Shown here: positions 12,601 through 27,300 of the stretch, in pieces
Layout: every line of letters starts with the position of its first letter
How positions within the stretch are numbered: position 1 is the stretch's first letter
NCBI GenBank assembly: GCA_043228905.1
Contig: JBHGNT010000020.1
Span: 10,478,001 to 10,542,000 of the forward strand
DNA length: 64,000 nucleotides
Source of the DNA: Azolla caroliniana
Lineage: Eukaryota; Plantae; Polypodiophyta
Reading direction: 5' to 3'
Position numbers and translations under genes: made by a program
The notes under the pieces: model-generated
The model's database searches: none
The model's input: the letters and a program-made list of their open reading frames with translations, nothing else
Told to the model about the DNA's origin: nothing

Positions 12601-15600
12601 AAAAACAAATATTTCAAACAGTCAATAAAGAGAACATTTTTACTTGCAGAGAAGTAGCCAATGGTACACATAACGCTTCTAAAATTTGAGTTGTTTGCTC
12701 CACTGGAATAGCGCTAACCACCATGCTGCAAACAAAGAGAACTACCTAAACAAATATTTTCTGGCTGGTTCTTTGTCAGAACTCTGTTCCTTATTTACTA
12801 TGAATTATGCAATTCAACTGCCATTTTCTTTGTTTGATGATCCATGATTTGACCCTCAAACACATCAATAAGATTATCGAATATCTAATTTTTGTGGGCT
12901 ATGTATTTATTTTAACCATAAAGAAATGCAATGAAATAGTTTAAGAAAATCACACATTCAAAACCAAGACAGTCTCATGACAGTTCAACACTAATTTTAC
13001 TGCCCACATATTTATTTTGCATACCTTAATCCTTCAACAACCTGCAATTCATCTTCAGCAGAAAGATGGAATTTACTGTTGCTGCTCATAGCTTCAATGT
13101 ACACACCAACCAATGTGTCAATAGATGAGCTCCCCAAATTATTCCTGCAAGCTGGAAAACACAAGATTTGTAAAATAAAGTACAGAACTTTAGCCTCAAA
13201 TGGTTACCGCACATAAACCAAGTTTGTAGCTGTTGAAAATATTAACTACAGTGTATATCTTCTTACTGTCACAAACGTGTTTGAATGCCAAAGCTGCTGC
13301 TGCTGCAGGATCTTCAGGAATGGTGAGCCCCTTGGTTAATAAGTTAAGGATTTCTGGCAGCAGTGCAGGTGCGCTAGGTGCTACCCCAAGCCAGTCAGCA
13401 AAAGCTCCAATGGTTAGAAATCCTGAACCACATCACAGTCGAACCATCAGAGGACACTTTTGGTATATCATCATCTATTGCTTTTGGTGAATGAAGTAAA
13501 TAACAATATTATGTGGAATAAAGTAGGAAACAGATGCATAGGAAAACTTCAAATGACATGCAAACAGGACTATATGATGTAGAAAATAATCTAGAGAAGC
13601 ACTGGATACTAACAGCGGCTATATACCAGTATAGAGAAGCTGTGGCTGTTGTGGAAGCTGAGGAATAAGCATCATCACCTACACAGAAAATTATTTGTTA
13701 CATTCCACTAGCAGCAGGTGCTATGCCAATGAAGTGGTGGACACTTTACCCTAGGCATTATCGTAGTCTCGTCCCTTGGCACTACTTTCACAATTCCTCT
13801 TATACAATATAATGAAGCTTCAAGAGACTGCCAATCGACTGAGCTATTTCTTGATAACATACCTTCAATCCCCTATATTCACAGCTTTTTAAGAAATAAA
13901 TAGTTGATAAATTCTATAAAAACCAATACTATTTAAAGTCCCTGCTCATGCATCAGGTTTATGATCATATATATTTTAATTAACATGTTCTTAGCATCAA
14001 CCATGCTGCGAATTGTCGATCAACTACATGTACTTATACAACTCAGCTATTCTGGATCTACCATAATGCTGAATTTGTACATTATCTACAGTGACTTAAT
14101 TTTTGTAGAGCACTTTTTTTCACATGTATATGTACAATCATAGGCCCTATAATTGATTTTGGACAGCCTTTCCAGCATGTGTGCAGAGGCGTCTGCCAAA
14201 CCAGAACCTAAATCAGGATAGTGTCATTACTTGGCTATCCATTTTCAGCTACTCTTACCTATCATTTATCTAGCTTTCTCAAAATGGAGAACAGAATAGT
14301 TTGTTTAGAATATCATTTTTCAAACATCTATTGCTTTCATATATTGGTATGCTTAGTCAATGGACAAAATTCAAAAGTGGTGAGCAGATGGTTAGGGAAT
14401 TTGCGTAAAATTTATTGTGCTAGGTGAGTTCCTTTTGGAGTATAATAACATTTTATTGATGCTTTAAAAAGCAGAGTCAGCCCAATTACCCACGAGACAA
14501 AACACATATGCAAAGATCCAAAAGGAATGCACCTGAAATAGTGGAATAGCAAGTAGCTGAAGTGTCCGATCCCCTCCTAGAACTGCCGCTGCATCCTCGA
14601 GGACCTCTGCAACAGCTGCAGATATCTCTGTGTTTTACTCCCAGAATCTATTTGTGGCAAAATCTCCAAAATACAAAATATCCAGAACAGTACAAAGGAA
14701 CAAAAGAAGATGTGCAAAACATCACAAAAGAAAATGAAGGCATACCATATCTAGTTTGTTTAAAATCTGCCAATTCATCTTTTCTCCAAGTTTCAAATCC
14801 TGGAGGATACTTGACTCGATGGCTTACCTTCATTCCAACAAGAATATAATAAGGGTGTGAAAAAAATATAAACTACAAATTAAAAATATTTTAGAAATTT
14901 CCTGGATGGCATCTGCGATAGTCTGCATCAGGAAGTCTAAAAAGCATACATCTATATATTATGGTAATTCACATTATTTCATAAACAACATTGAATAAGT
15001 CCTCAAAATGAAAGTTAGCAGTGTGGAAATTGAAAATGGAAATTTGCTACATATCTTCACTTGTCCAATGTCCTTTACTATCCAGTTTTGATTATTGTCC
15101 TATTTGTTCGCTGATTGGTTAATAAAGTCTGAAGGATGAGTTCATCAAGCAAACTAGAGAGGCACCATGTCTATATTATGCCAAGAAAAACCAAGACAAT
15201 GTTGAATTTGTGTCATAGTGAGTCTACCAGAGGACTCAAAATCTGAGGCTGGTGATGCTTGAAAATTTTAAGTCATCTAAGATATATGTATCATGTTGTT
15301 AGCACAATTGGCGTGAAGCAAGGATGCCCACTATCCCCCACACTCTTCGGTCTCTATATAGATGAGGTATCACAGTACATAGAGAGATTTGGTGGTTCCG
15401 GAGCACACCTAGCAGGTATAGATAGCTATACAGATATTACTATATGCTGATGATATTGTGCTGATTTCTGACTCTCCGGAGGGACTACAAAGACATCTAA
15501 ATGCCTTAAAACTATTTTGTACGGACAAAGGTTTGTCAATCAACATGAATAAAACAAAAGTGATGGTGTTTAACACCACCCAAGCATGGGTAACAAGATC

Positions 15601-18600
15601 AGAACCAGAATTCTTCTTGGGAGAGGAAAAGGTGGAATACACACGCTCCTACACATACCTAGGAGTAACATTTACAGGACCTAGGTTCTCCTTACAGGAG
15701 GCCGCTTGTGCCCGACTTTCTCGTGGATATGCAGCCCTTGGTGCTCTCGAGAGACAATGTGCACATTTACAGTTCCAAGAGCCACGGACTAAGCTATGGT
15801 TATTTGATGCACTTGTCACACCAACTCTTCTCTATGGAGTAGAGACATGGGGACCGAGTCTTAACAAGGCAAATCATTGGAAAGATTTAGAGAGACCTTT
15901 AGTGTCAATGATTGCTCGCATGATAAGGAGCAAAGCATCGGTGCCCCACGATATAATCCGGGCAGAGATGGGAGCAGCACTTATAATAACCGAGGCATTG
16001 TTCCGATCAGTGACATTTATCCAACGTCTTTGACGAAGGTACCCAAGGTTGGCACTTATGTCATCAAAACAACTGGCTGAAAATGGAGACACTCATTGTT
16101 GGTATGCTAAAATGCAGCAATGGTTTGAGTATAAATGCACTACCCCCGTTCCAATATAGCTTGGACTGTCCCCATCTCAATATAACCAAAGTGGAAAAGA
16201 ATAGAGTGATCCGAACTGATATTATTAACTTAGAAAACAAGATAACATGGATCAACCCCAAAATACCACTTGGTACAAAGATGGCCCACTATAAGACACA
16301 CTTCTTACATACATCAGAGGATGGATTTGTCATAAGGCCACCTTATATGGACATACATCTATCCTATGCGCTGCGTAGTGTGATAGGGCAGCTGCGAACC
16401 TCATCACATCAGCTACAGATTGAGGTGGGCAGATATACACGACTACCTCTAGAAGAGAGAATTTGTCAATTCTGTCATCAAGGAGTGGAATCTGAAGAAC
16501 ACTATGTTTGTCATTGTAGTGTCTTTTATGAAATTAGAGGGAGCTACCATTGCCTCTTTAAACAAGGCTTTGGCCCACTACGCAAGGTAATGGAATATGA
16601 GGACCAAAGATGCCTAGGACTTTTCTTGCTCGAGCTCAAGAGACATCGGGAAAAGTTGTTGAAGAACACAGCGACACAAGCTCCATTACTCCTAATGCTA
16701 GAAGTCAACCCCAGGATACAGAAATGGGATCCAGACCAGGATATAACAAAGGGGTTACGATTGATCGGGCAATGGCAATTTGCCGTGCACGTAGGCCCTG
16801 GCCCCATGGACCACGACCTCGACACTCTTGTCATCGACAAATAAAAGCCATTATCTCCCGCCATCATAGGTGCTTCCCTCGCTTCGGAGACATTTCCATT
16901 CTGGATCGACCTATGATAGAGATCTTTCGGAGACAAAAGCTACAATATACCTAACTTGAGAATCTCGCATGTGCCAAAAACCAGATTCTCTCGTCTCTTT
17001 TCTTTTCATCTTATTTACTTTTATATTTACTGTGTAATGTTTACTTTATTTTGATTTGTTCTCAAAGATGAGAAAACATTTAAGATGTAATCTCTTATTC
17101 GGTCTTATAGGCCATTTTGGCCTCTTAAAAGACGTTAATATATCTTTCATAAGGATGGTTCGTCACATTTGAAACTTGGATGACTACCATAAACACGATG
17201 TGTGCAGTTTCCTTCACATAGCAAGGTATTTTCTTCTAGCCTGCTTCTTTTTATATAATGTCATCCTCTCTTTCTCATCTCACATATTTTGTTTGTCTCT
17301 AATCTTCACCACCCCTCTATTTTGTCTAGATAATTATATACATCTACAATATATCCAAATTTGGGAATTGGTGTATTCAATGACCTCCTCCACTATTTCC
17401 TATGTCCCATATAATAGCACCACTATGCATAATCCTGCACAGTTTTTCTTTGTATCTAGCATATCCATGAACTTCGTGTATTCAACGACCCCCCCTGCAT
17501 TATTTCATATCTGAAGCCAAAGAGTCTGACACCATAGAGTCTCATATTTCATTACGTATAACCCTACAAGCTTTTCCACCCACATACACAGATGAACATG
17601 AAAACTGTGTTTGATTCAAGCATGATACATTGGTTAGGATGTCGCCCTAATTTGTTGCGAATAAGCTAAAATTATATGCCTACAAGGTACACCTATTAGT
17701 TATTTAAGCATCAATTTCAGTTGTTGCATCACCTTACTAATATTAGCAGTTATAAAAAAGCTGCATCTGTTAAGTGGCAACAAACCCTACACTTACCAAA
17801 GACACAAGCAGCTCAAATATGGGACGGAAAATCCCTATTCTTCTTTCCATTTCAACTTCGGCGGTTATTTGATTTTCAAATCCCTTGTAATACTCCCTAC
17901 AAAGTAGCAATAAGTAGTAAATTAACAAAACAAGGAGAGGTTCCTCGAAACATACATAAATAGCTTGCAGCAATAGAATACTCAAAATCAAATTCTTAAA
18001 GGTCAAACATTATTAGACACCATACACGGGAATCACTCAAATGGAGAACAGATCTGATAACCACAAAATGTTGAAAGGGATTATACAATTACCAAAATGA
18101 GTTACTGCCACAAACTACAAAAGACACTAAAACCACTCAATGACACAAATACACTTTATATCAAAGTGTACATGCACCAACAGCCTTATCCACAAGAAAA
18201 AAAATGGATATAATAAGCACATCCAAGGGATCATTATTTGTTTCAACAGGAAGGGGGAGGAGACATTATCATTGCCACAGCAGCTATTGACAGTGACACT
18301 CTTCTGGATGTATCCAGTCAGAAATAGACTATATTCAAGGTTCAACAGTGTAGGTATCTAATGAGAGCGATAACATGCGTTGATGTATCCAATCTGAAAT
18401 AGCATAAGTTTTAAAATTTGAGAGTGTAATAGTTTCAGAATTGAACAGATGTTCATGAAAACCAGCCTAGTCAACCTTTAACCACATATGGTTTTCAACT
18501 CTCTGAGGTTTCCCACTCCTCGTGCTATCCCATAAATACATAAGAATAATCAAACGGAGGACAGTCTGAATCTGTGGTCCCAATTTTCCTACACATCAAT

Positions 18601-21600
18601 GGATGTTCCTCATTCCATATTCCCCCAGTACAACAATTTGAATACTCAGAAGCTTGCTATATGCATTTCAGAAAATTTAATCATCCATCTATTTGGCTAA
18701 CAATAAGAGACATTTATATTACCCGAGACCGGACATTGTTATACCTTCTTGTCAAAGTACTGCTTAAGCGGTACCAAAAATTGTATGTTAGCTCTGCAAT
18801 GGTATCTTCTGGGTGTGATGTAACCTCTAATAAAGCCTCCACAATCATCATAGCTTCTCCAGATCCTAGTAAATAGTGAGAAGAACAGACCAACCTCTAA
18901 TTATGCACAAGCAGAACTTCCCTTTGACATCATGTACTAAACTTCCTCAAAAGAACCATTCCATCCAAATAGGAAGGATGAAGCAACTTCAGACATACCA
19001 TTTGCTATCAGCTCCACATAAGATTCACCCATTTCTGTGAAAAGTTGTGCAATGCCTTTCACGACCTCTTCGTCCTGTAATCATCCATTGAAGTGCCACA
19101 CTTCTGGCACAGCTCTAAATATTCCAGTAGCTACAAATACAAGCATTATTAAAGGATTACATACCTCCTGGCTAGCTTCCCCGTCGGAAGTGTCAGAAAT
19201 ACCTTTTTCCTTATTTTCCTTTTCAGCCAAAGCAATCTGTAAATGCCAATATGACCAGTATAAATAGAAACTTAAATAATATATTGCCCAAAAAACCACC
19301 ATCGCATAGAGCAGTGCACCTATATTGGGGACTAACATTCTCCTGAGTCAGAGTAATTCCCCTGCGTGTCTTTTTTTAAACAGAAATACCCTTCTGATGC
19401 ATTGCATTTTATCTAGAACTATTTCTTGAGTTGCATGCACAAACACAATAAGTTATATCAGGATCTTTCTTCTCCAAACCTATCGTAAAAATGTCTCAAC
19501 ACAGGAATCAAAACACTAGCACTTATGCTTCAGCATATTTGTATAATCAAGTAAGCATGTCGTACAAACTGCTATGGATATTACCATTTTCCCAATACTT
19601 ATCCAAGAGAATGGTTGTCTATCAGAATCACCATACTGGGTTACTTTACAAGTAACTTAAGATTTTTGTAATATATGGAAACATACTGACCATCTCAGGA
19701 AGATAAGAGCTAGGTGCATAATCACAAGCTACTTTAATTATCTTAGTATAATAATATTTCTGAACTTCATAGATGATCACAAGCTAGTTTTAAGACTTCA
19801 ACCATCAATTTTAACACTTTGCAATTTCCACACAAAATCAGTTTGGAGGATGCAAGAAAATTACAAACACAAAAAATCAACGAGAACCTTTAGAGATGCT
19901 GAAAACCTTGGGCGCAAACCCATGACATGAGGAACAACAATTTGCACAAGAGGCATCTGCTCAGCTAATTCTCCTCGACTCCCATTTACAGTAAATCGGA
20001 TTAATTCTGTCACAGCTGTAATAGAGCAAACAAGGTATACACCAAATGCATCTTACGTTCTGATGGAAGTTCCTGGTATTTCTTTAATTAAGAAAGTTGA
20101 GATGTGTAGCATACCAACTACTGAGGCATCAAAGCATTTATCAAAATTCAACCCAGAAAGAGCTGCCGCAACCAATGGATGTGATGCAAGAGTAGATGCT
20201 TCCATTCTGATTGGCAAACACAAGACATTTCTTAAAAGAACCGCATACGAGAATTCAGAACCTTGCATATTCTAGATCTCCATTACAGAACTTTAAACCA
20301 TGTTCACATTTTCTTTTCATGATTGGATTTCATCAATAAATCGATGTTACATAACATTCAACAGATTATATTGACCCCCTCCAGGTTCCTATGATCCTAT
20401 TGACACTGTATGCATCATAGACCAAAGCCACAATGTTAACATGATGACAGACTAAAGAACAAATTTGGCTCTCCACAGACCACAATTGGCCAAAGGTTTC
20501 TAATATCAAAAATTGCCACAATAAAATACTAAACCAAGGTCACATTCCCAGGAAACACTCAAAATTCCCTAAAAGCAAGTGAGACCCTATCAATGAATAG
20601 TGGAATGCATCAAGCAAATCACCTCTTTAGAATTTAATCATACAGTCAGAATGAACTACCAGCTGAGACATATAGGTAGCCCTCGAGCCATAGTGGTTGG
20701 CCCTTGATGAACTCCTAATGAGGTAATATGTCGACAACATGTTGAAGACCTCATCCTGAACACTTGGATTAGGGTGGAGGTAGGACCCAAGGAAGAATAT
20801 TTAGATGAAGGTTTTGGAGAAACAAATTAACAAAAACCTTTATTAATATCACCACCTCCGTTGGATAATCTATATTATATGGCCGCCCACTTAAATCAAG
20901 CCTTAATCATATCAAGAAACCCATGTGAAATTACTCTTAGCTCCTACAGATCTAATCCTACATCAATGGATCAAATTCCTTCTTCCAGCAAGGATAGTCC
21001 CAAGCACTGTTGATACTCATCTTCCATTACCTTGCATTGATCCTGCTCTTCCATTATCCAATTCAATTATATCAGTTCAGAACATTCTAATATTTCCATT
21101 TACGGCATGTTTTAATGGGGATTTCAAGTTACATTGGACAAGGGTAGTAGATATATACATATGGCATGTCACCCAAACCATGTTGCAGTTTGGAATACCC
21201 ATAATTATTATCTCTATCATCAGTAAGTTGTTTTGATGACATAAGTGCCAACCTTGTGTACCTTCGTTTAGGGAGCTTCAAAATCTGTTTGATACCTACC
21301 AGTCATTGATCCAACAATGATTATCTCTATGTTCAGCAAGTTGTTTGTATGACATAAGTGAGAACCTTGAGTACCTTCATTTAGGGAGCTCCAAAAGTCA
21401 TTGGATACCACTCACTGATCTGAATAACACCTCCTTGATTATTGGGGCTGCTCCCATCTCTGCCCAAATTATATAATGGGGCAGCAAGACTTTCCTCCTA
21501 ATAATGCGGGCAATCATAGAGACGAAGATCTCTCCACATCTCTTCAATTATTTATCTATTGACAAGATTCCCATGTTTCTACTCCTTAGAGAATAGTCAG

Positions 21601-24296
21601 TGTGACAAGGTGTATCACATTGCCACAATTCAGTTCATGGCTCATGGCATTGAATATGTGCATGTTATTGTTCAAGTGCACCAAGGATTGCATATCCACG
21701 AGAAAGTCGATCACAGGATGCCTCCCTCAAGGAGAACCGACACCCAATCAACGTTACTCCAAAGTATGAGTAGGATTGTGTGAATGGCACCCTTTCCTGA
21801 TACCAAGATGATTGGGTGATAGTGGCCCAACTTCTTCAACTGTGTTTTACTTCAATTGTGCTAGCCACAGCCTCCGTCAACACAATTTCCATGACATGGA
21901 TTCCTACAGTGCGTAAATTCCCCATTGCATATCTACTGGGACATCAAGGGCTTTTTGCCGAACATGCAGTACAATGTCGAGGGCTTTTCGGAAATCCACA
22001 AAGTAGCAATAAATTCCATTTTTATGGGCTCTTCCCTCCTCAATAAGGGCTCAGAGGGTCAATAAATGACCCAAAGTCATGAACCACTTTCAAAAGCCTG
22101 CCTACCCAGCTGAACAGCAACCATTTTTCTCTGCCCATCAATGAACTCTGACTTTAGGAGCAAGCCATATAGTTTAGCCAAGTAATGGCCAATCATGATT
22201 GTCCTATAGTTGCTCAGCATCAAGGGGTCTCCACTCTTGAAGATTGACACAACGGTATGTTCTATTCATCCAATAGGGAAACCTAACACATAGCTCTATC
22301 AAAGATGTGTGCTAGCAATGGGAGCAACATGTCACAGGCATAGAGAAAGTGCTCACCTACCAATCGTCTTGGTACTTTCCAAATTATAACCATTTGATGA
22401 CATTTCTTACATTTTCTGGAATAAAAAATGTAGATCCAAGTGGGCATGAGCCATGTGGGTCGGAGAGAGGGGGTTGCCAAGCGATATCATATTAGTACCT
22501 TTGCGCATTCATGCCACACTTGAGGTGAGATCACTTGTATGGTAGATTGACTCTCAATAAACATTTTCTATGCTCTTTTACTTTATTGCCCTAAGAACAA
22601 GTGATACACGTGGTTCAAATGTTCCTCACAGGGTTGCTCCTGATCTGAGCCATTTTGATAAACCATTATCACAAATCCATGTGCACTTCCCATGTCTAGA
22701 AAGTATTTGTCATATTCTGTTACTTCTTGTTGCTTTAGACCAACTTCTTCTGCCGTAATGTCTCCATACATGACCTCACTTAAGTCAAACACAGTTGTTT
22801 GTCCATCCTTAATCCATGCATTGAAGTCTCGTAATAGTACTATATCCCCTATACTAGCAAATATTATGATATCATTGTATAATGGTAAAAATAGTGATTC
22901 GTGAGAGGCGCAAAGTAGCAGATTGCCATATATAGCTCTCTAAGATCTCCCCATTTGATTTGAATCATCCACGTATAATGCATATCTACATTCTTATGCA
23001 CAAACATGCTGCACCCTATCACATAGAAAGAAAGAAAGATTAGTCTTTTTTTCTGAGGAGATTGAAGTGGTGTTAGTGGGGGAAATGATTGGTTTCCATC
23101 TTGCAATGAAGTCAAACTGGTGGAAACTAACACCGCTTGAGTCGTTTTCACATATATCTTGTAGATAAATGTTTTTTCATCATCATGATTTTACTCTTCA
23201 TAATGTAGGTTTCTAATACCCCACCCACGCAACAGATTTTTTTACATAACCATTTCCTTAAGGTAGTTTTTCATGTTTATATTGATGTCCACTTGACAAT
23301 TGTTGTACAGTTTACATACACAAATAAAGACTGGAAAGGAATGTGAACAACTTCTTTAGTAAACATAGGCTAACAACCATCAGCAATCAAATTCAAGACA
23401 TTGTTATAAGCGAAAAAGGCACGTCAAACAATGTAGAGCACTTACCCATAATTCAGACGAAGCCATGTAGCAAATGCACCAATAATCTGCATAGAAAATA
23501 AAGAAAACTTAGATTTCCTCTGCATAGGTCTGTAGCTTTGGGTTTTGAACAAGTCAAAAACTAGAACAAAAAAAAGAACAGTGATCAGATTATAACTTTT
23601 TTACTTAAACCCATAAGTATTCAGACTTTTGTAAGATAGAATTGAACATAGTAAAACACTGCTCCATGGATTACAACAAGTTGTAATAAAACCAGTGCAT
23701 ACTTAGCATATAGACATGAGAAAAAAATTGCCAAAGGCTTAAAAAGAGACAAAACTTAAGCAAGCATTTTGGTTGGTAAAAATAAAGAAAACTATGTCCA
23801 TAATAGGATATACCTTGTCAATTTGATCTGCTGGATTTTGGGACAAGAGATCAGTAAGCAATCTAAATGCATCATGCACAGACGACACCAGCTCTTTCTG
23901 AAATTGGCGTCTCCTCTCTGGTCGTACTGCAATCCTGTGGCTATAAGCTTCCTGCATCCATCAACGGTCAAATGGTGGGTCTCATGCATATATTCTCACT
24001 AGCATAATTGGAACCTGACCTTATAACTACGAAAGAATAAAAGAAAATCCCAACTGATATCCAACAGACGGCAGTATTAACAGACAATAAACAGAGTCTT
24101 GACACAGGCATTGTGACCTGAGAAAAATAATATTTTAACAGAATATAATTCACTTCAGGATGTAAGATGTACAGCCTGTACAATTGCTTCTGTCAAGAAA
24201 CAATATTCCACATTGTATTATTATAGCCCAAACCACTTCTTGTTACATATATGGCCTCAAAAAGAAAGCTAAACTATACCATAACATAACATAAAA

Positions 24297-24327
<31 letters not shown>

Positions 24328-27300
24328 TATTAACATCTTTTAAGAGGCCAAAATGGCCTATAAGACCAAACAAGAAATTACGTCTTAAGTGTTGTCTTGT
24401 TTTGAGAACTTATCTTTAAATTTGTGAAAGTTTTCCATATCTGCCATTATACGATGATATCATAAGATTTGCTACAATGGGAGACAAATACTATTAGGAG
24501 ACTTCAATACATGAACTAAGGATAAACAAACACCTATGTTTTGACACCAACGAAGCTGTTTATGGAGAAGTTATGCCAGAAGAGGTTGGCCTAAAATGAC
24601 AAGCTCAAGATATGAGTGAAGCAACGGAATAATGCAAACACTTTCTAGCCTTGGGAAGTGCACATTAATTTTTTTATATAGAATGGATTGTCACAATGGC
24701 CAAGATCAGATGATTTGACTTGGTGGAACCAAAAAGGAGGTGCAAGCACAGTCGGTTACCTAATGGAACCTCCACCACTTATAGCTGAAATAACAGATTT
24801 CACTATATCTGGTAGACCCATTGGCTTGACAGCAAATCACGCATATCTACGTTTTGAGGTGAAGGATGGATGCACAAGTCATGTATATGTCAAGACAGAG
24901 AGTGGACTGGCTAAATATCAATTTACTCAGGAGATAATTGATGTGTATACTTGTGGATTATGTAATGGATCCTAGATTGGATCATTTCCAACCCCAAAAG
25001 GAAGTTATACAAGGATTGTCAAAGCCACTGCATAAAGCAGCCACAAATGCCTTTCCTCACACAATGGCCCATCCCACCAAACTTGGTAGTGTCATACAAA
25101 ATTGTTGGTATGATGAGGAATGTCATGATACAAGGAGATGCTTGTACCTTGAAGTAACCCGGGGTATTTATACACACAAACAAACCAGGTCAACCTTCCA
25201 AAGCTCCATGAGATATTAATACATTGTTGGTATGCTGAAATGCGATAATAGTTAAGAGGCACATGGCATAAATATAAATGCACCACCACCATTCGAATAG
25301 AGCCTGGATTGTCCCCATCTAAACATAACCAAAATGAAAAAGAATAGAGTGATCCAAACAGATATTATTAACTTACAAAACAAGATAACATGGATCAGTC
25401 CCAAAATATCACTTGCTAGGAAGATGGCCTAATATACAAGATACACTTTTTACACACATCTGAGGATGGATTCATCATCAGGCCATCTTATATGGACATA
25501 CATCTATCCTACGCGGTGTGCAGTCTAATACGACAGCTGGAAACGTAGCCAGGTCAGTTAGAGATTGAGGTAGGCAGATATGCACAAATACCACTGTAAG
25601 AAAGAATTTGCCAATTGTGTCATCAGGGGGTGGAATCTGAAGAACACTGTGTTTGTCACTGTAGTGGCTTTTATGAAATAAGAGGGAGATAACATTGTGC
25701 CTTTAAACCAGGCTTTGGCCCACTACATAAGGTAATAGAATATGAGGAACAATGTTGCTTGGGGTCTTTCTTGCTAGAACCATAGAGACATGGAAAAGTT
25801 GTTGAAGGACAACATTACAGCCACACAAGCTCATCAACAGAGAAGAATCACAACTTTCTTTAACCCCATTCCGCCTCGTGAGCCACATTACCGGAGGAAA
25901 TTTTGCCATGCGCATAGGCCCCGACTTCATGAACCACGATCTCACCACCCTTGACATCGATAGATAAAGGTTATTAACTCCCACCATTGCATGTGCTTCC
26001 CTCACTTTGGAGACCTCTCCATTCTGGATCAACCTATGCTAGGGATGTTTGGAAGACAAAATTTACAATATATCTGACTTGAGAGTCTTGCGTGTATTGA
26101 TAACAAGATTCTTTAGTCAATTTTTATCTTTTTTATTTTTTTATTTATTAGCATTTATTTTCGTTTGTTGTCCTCAAACACTTAAGATGTAAAATCTTGT
26201 TTGGTTTTGTACACCATTTTGGCCTCTCAAAAAGACATTAATATATCTTTCTTTCTGATAAGCTCAGGTTTTCCAAGAGAATTTTACATCTAAAAGTACT
26301 ATTACTCAATAGATTAATTATAAAACTGTGTAGCTTAGCAAGACAACTATCACTATGAAACTACACTAACAGAAATGTCCATCCAATGGTAAAAACCATG
26401 TACCTTAAGTGTCTGGTGTAGCTTTAATATGATGGTAACCACATTTATTACATGGACAACATTCGATTTCCAATATCACATCCTAGACTGTGGGCATCAT
26501 TTTTTGTCAAAAGATCTGCATTCTACTATAAGTCTAGCATGCAAGTTTACAATGACAGTAATGTACCATGTGCAACCTTGTTCTTGTCATACAAAACATC
26601 CTTTATAAATTGATCACTGATTTCCTAATTCATAACAGAGGTCAAGTAGGATTTCTACATTATCTAGTGGAGTGAATGTCTATGAACATCTGGATGACAA
26701 GGGATTCACTAATTCAGGAAAACTATTTACAATAACACATTTGTTACTGACGGTACTATGCACATACTTAGTTCACTCATTCAATATATCAATAGGAAAG
26801 TTTGAATATTCAGCTCACTATATTCTCCTTCTGCCCATTGTCATACAGAAATGGGAAGAATGCCTTGCATTCACTTTGGGCCACACTGACAGTTTTGGTG
26901 CCTAATTATTTTCATATATCATTCCATGCCATACATAAATGCAGAATTGTTTCAGATATTCGTAATTAAGAGAGCAACTTAATTCTTACCTGAGGCAATA
27001 CAGTTAGAAGCTCCAAAAGGCTCAACGTCATATTAGGTTCAGCATGAAACTCATCCTTTAGCCACTGCATGACTCCGCCACTACTCCAGTCTTCTGATGG
27101 TATATGCATTGCTAATGCTGCCAAACCCAGACATAGCTGCAATGAAACCACAGGGAATTGTAAAGATGCAACAAGCAACAAGCAACAAGAAAAACTGAAA
27201 ATATGAAGGTTGCATCAGAAGTTACCTGTGTTCTTACAGATCCAGGACCTGGATTAAACTTCTTCAGAAGAAGCTTCATATGTCAAAAGAAGAGGTTTAG

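Noticed and set aside
20680-21230. Possible older LINE 3' region in MOS14 intron 7
   Set aside because: Only weak, patchy similarity to family A; not supportable without an alignment.
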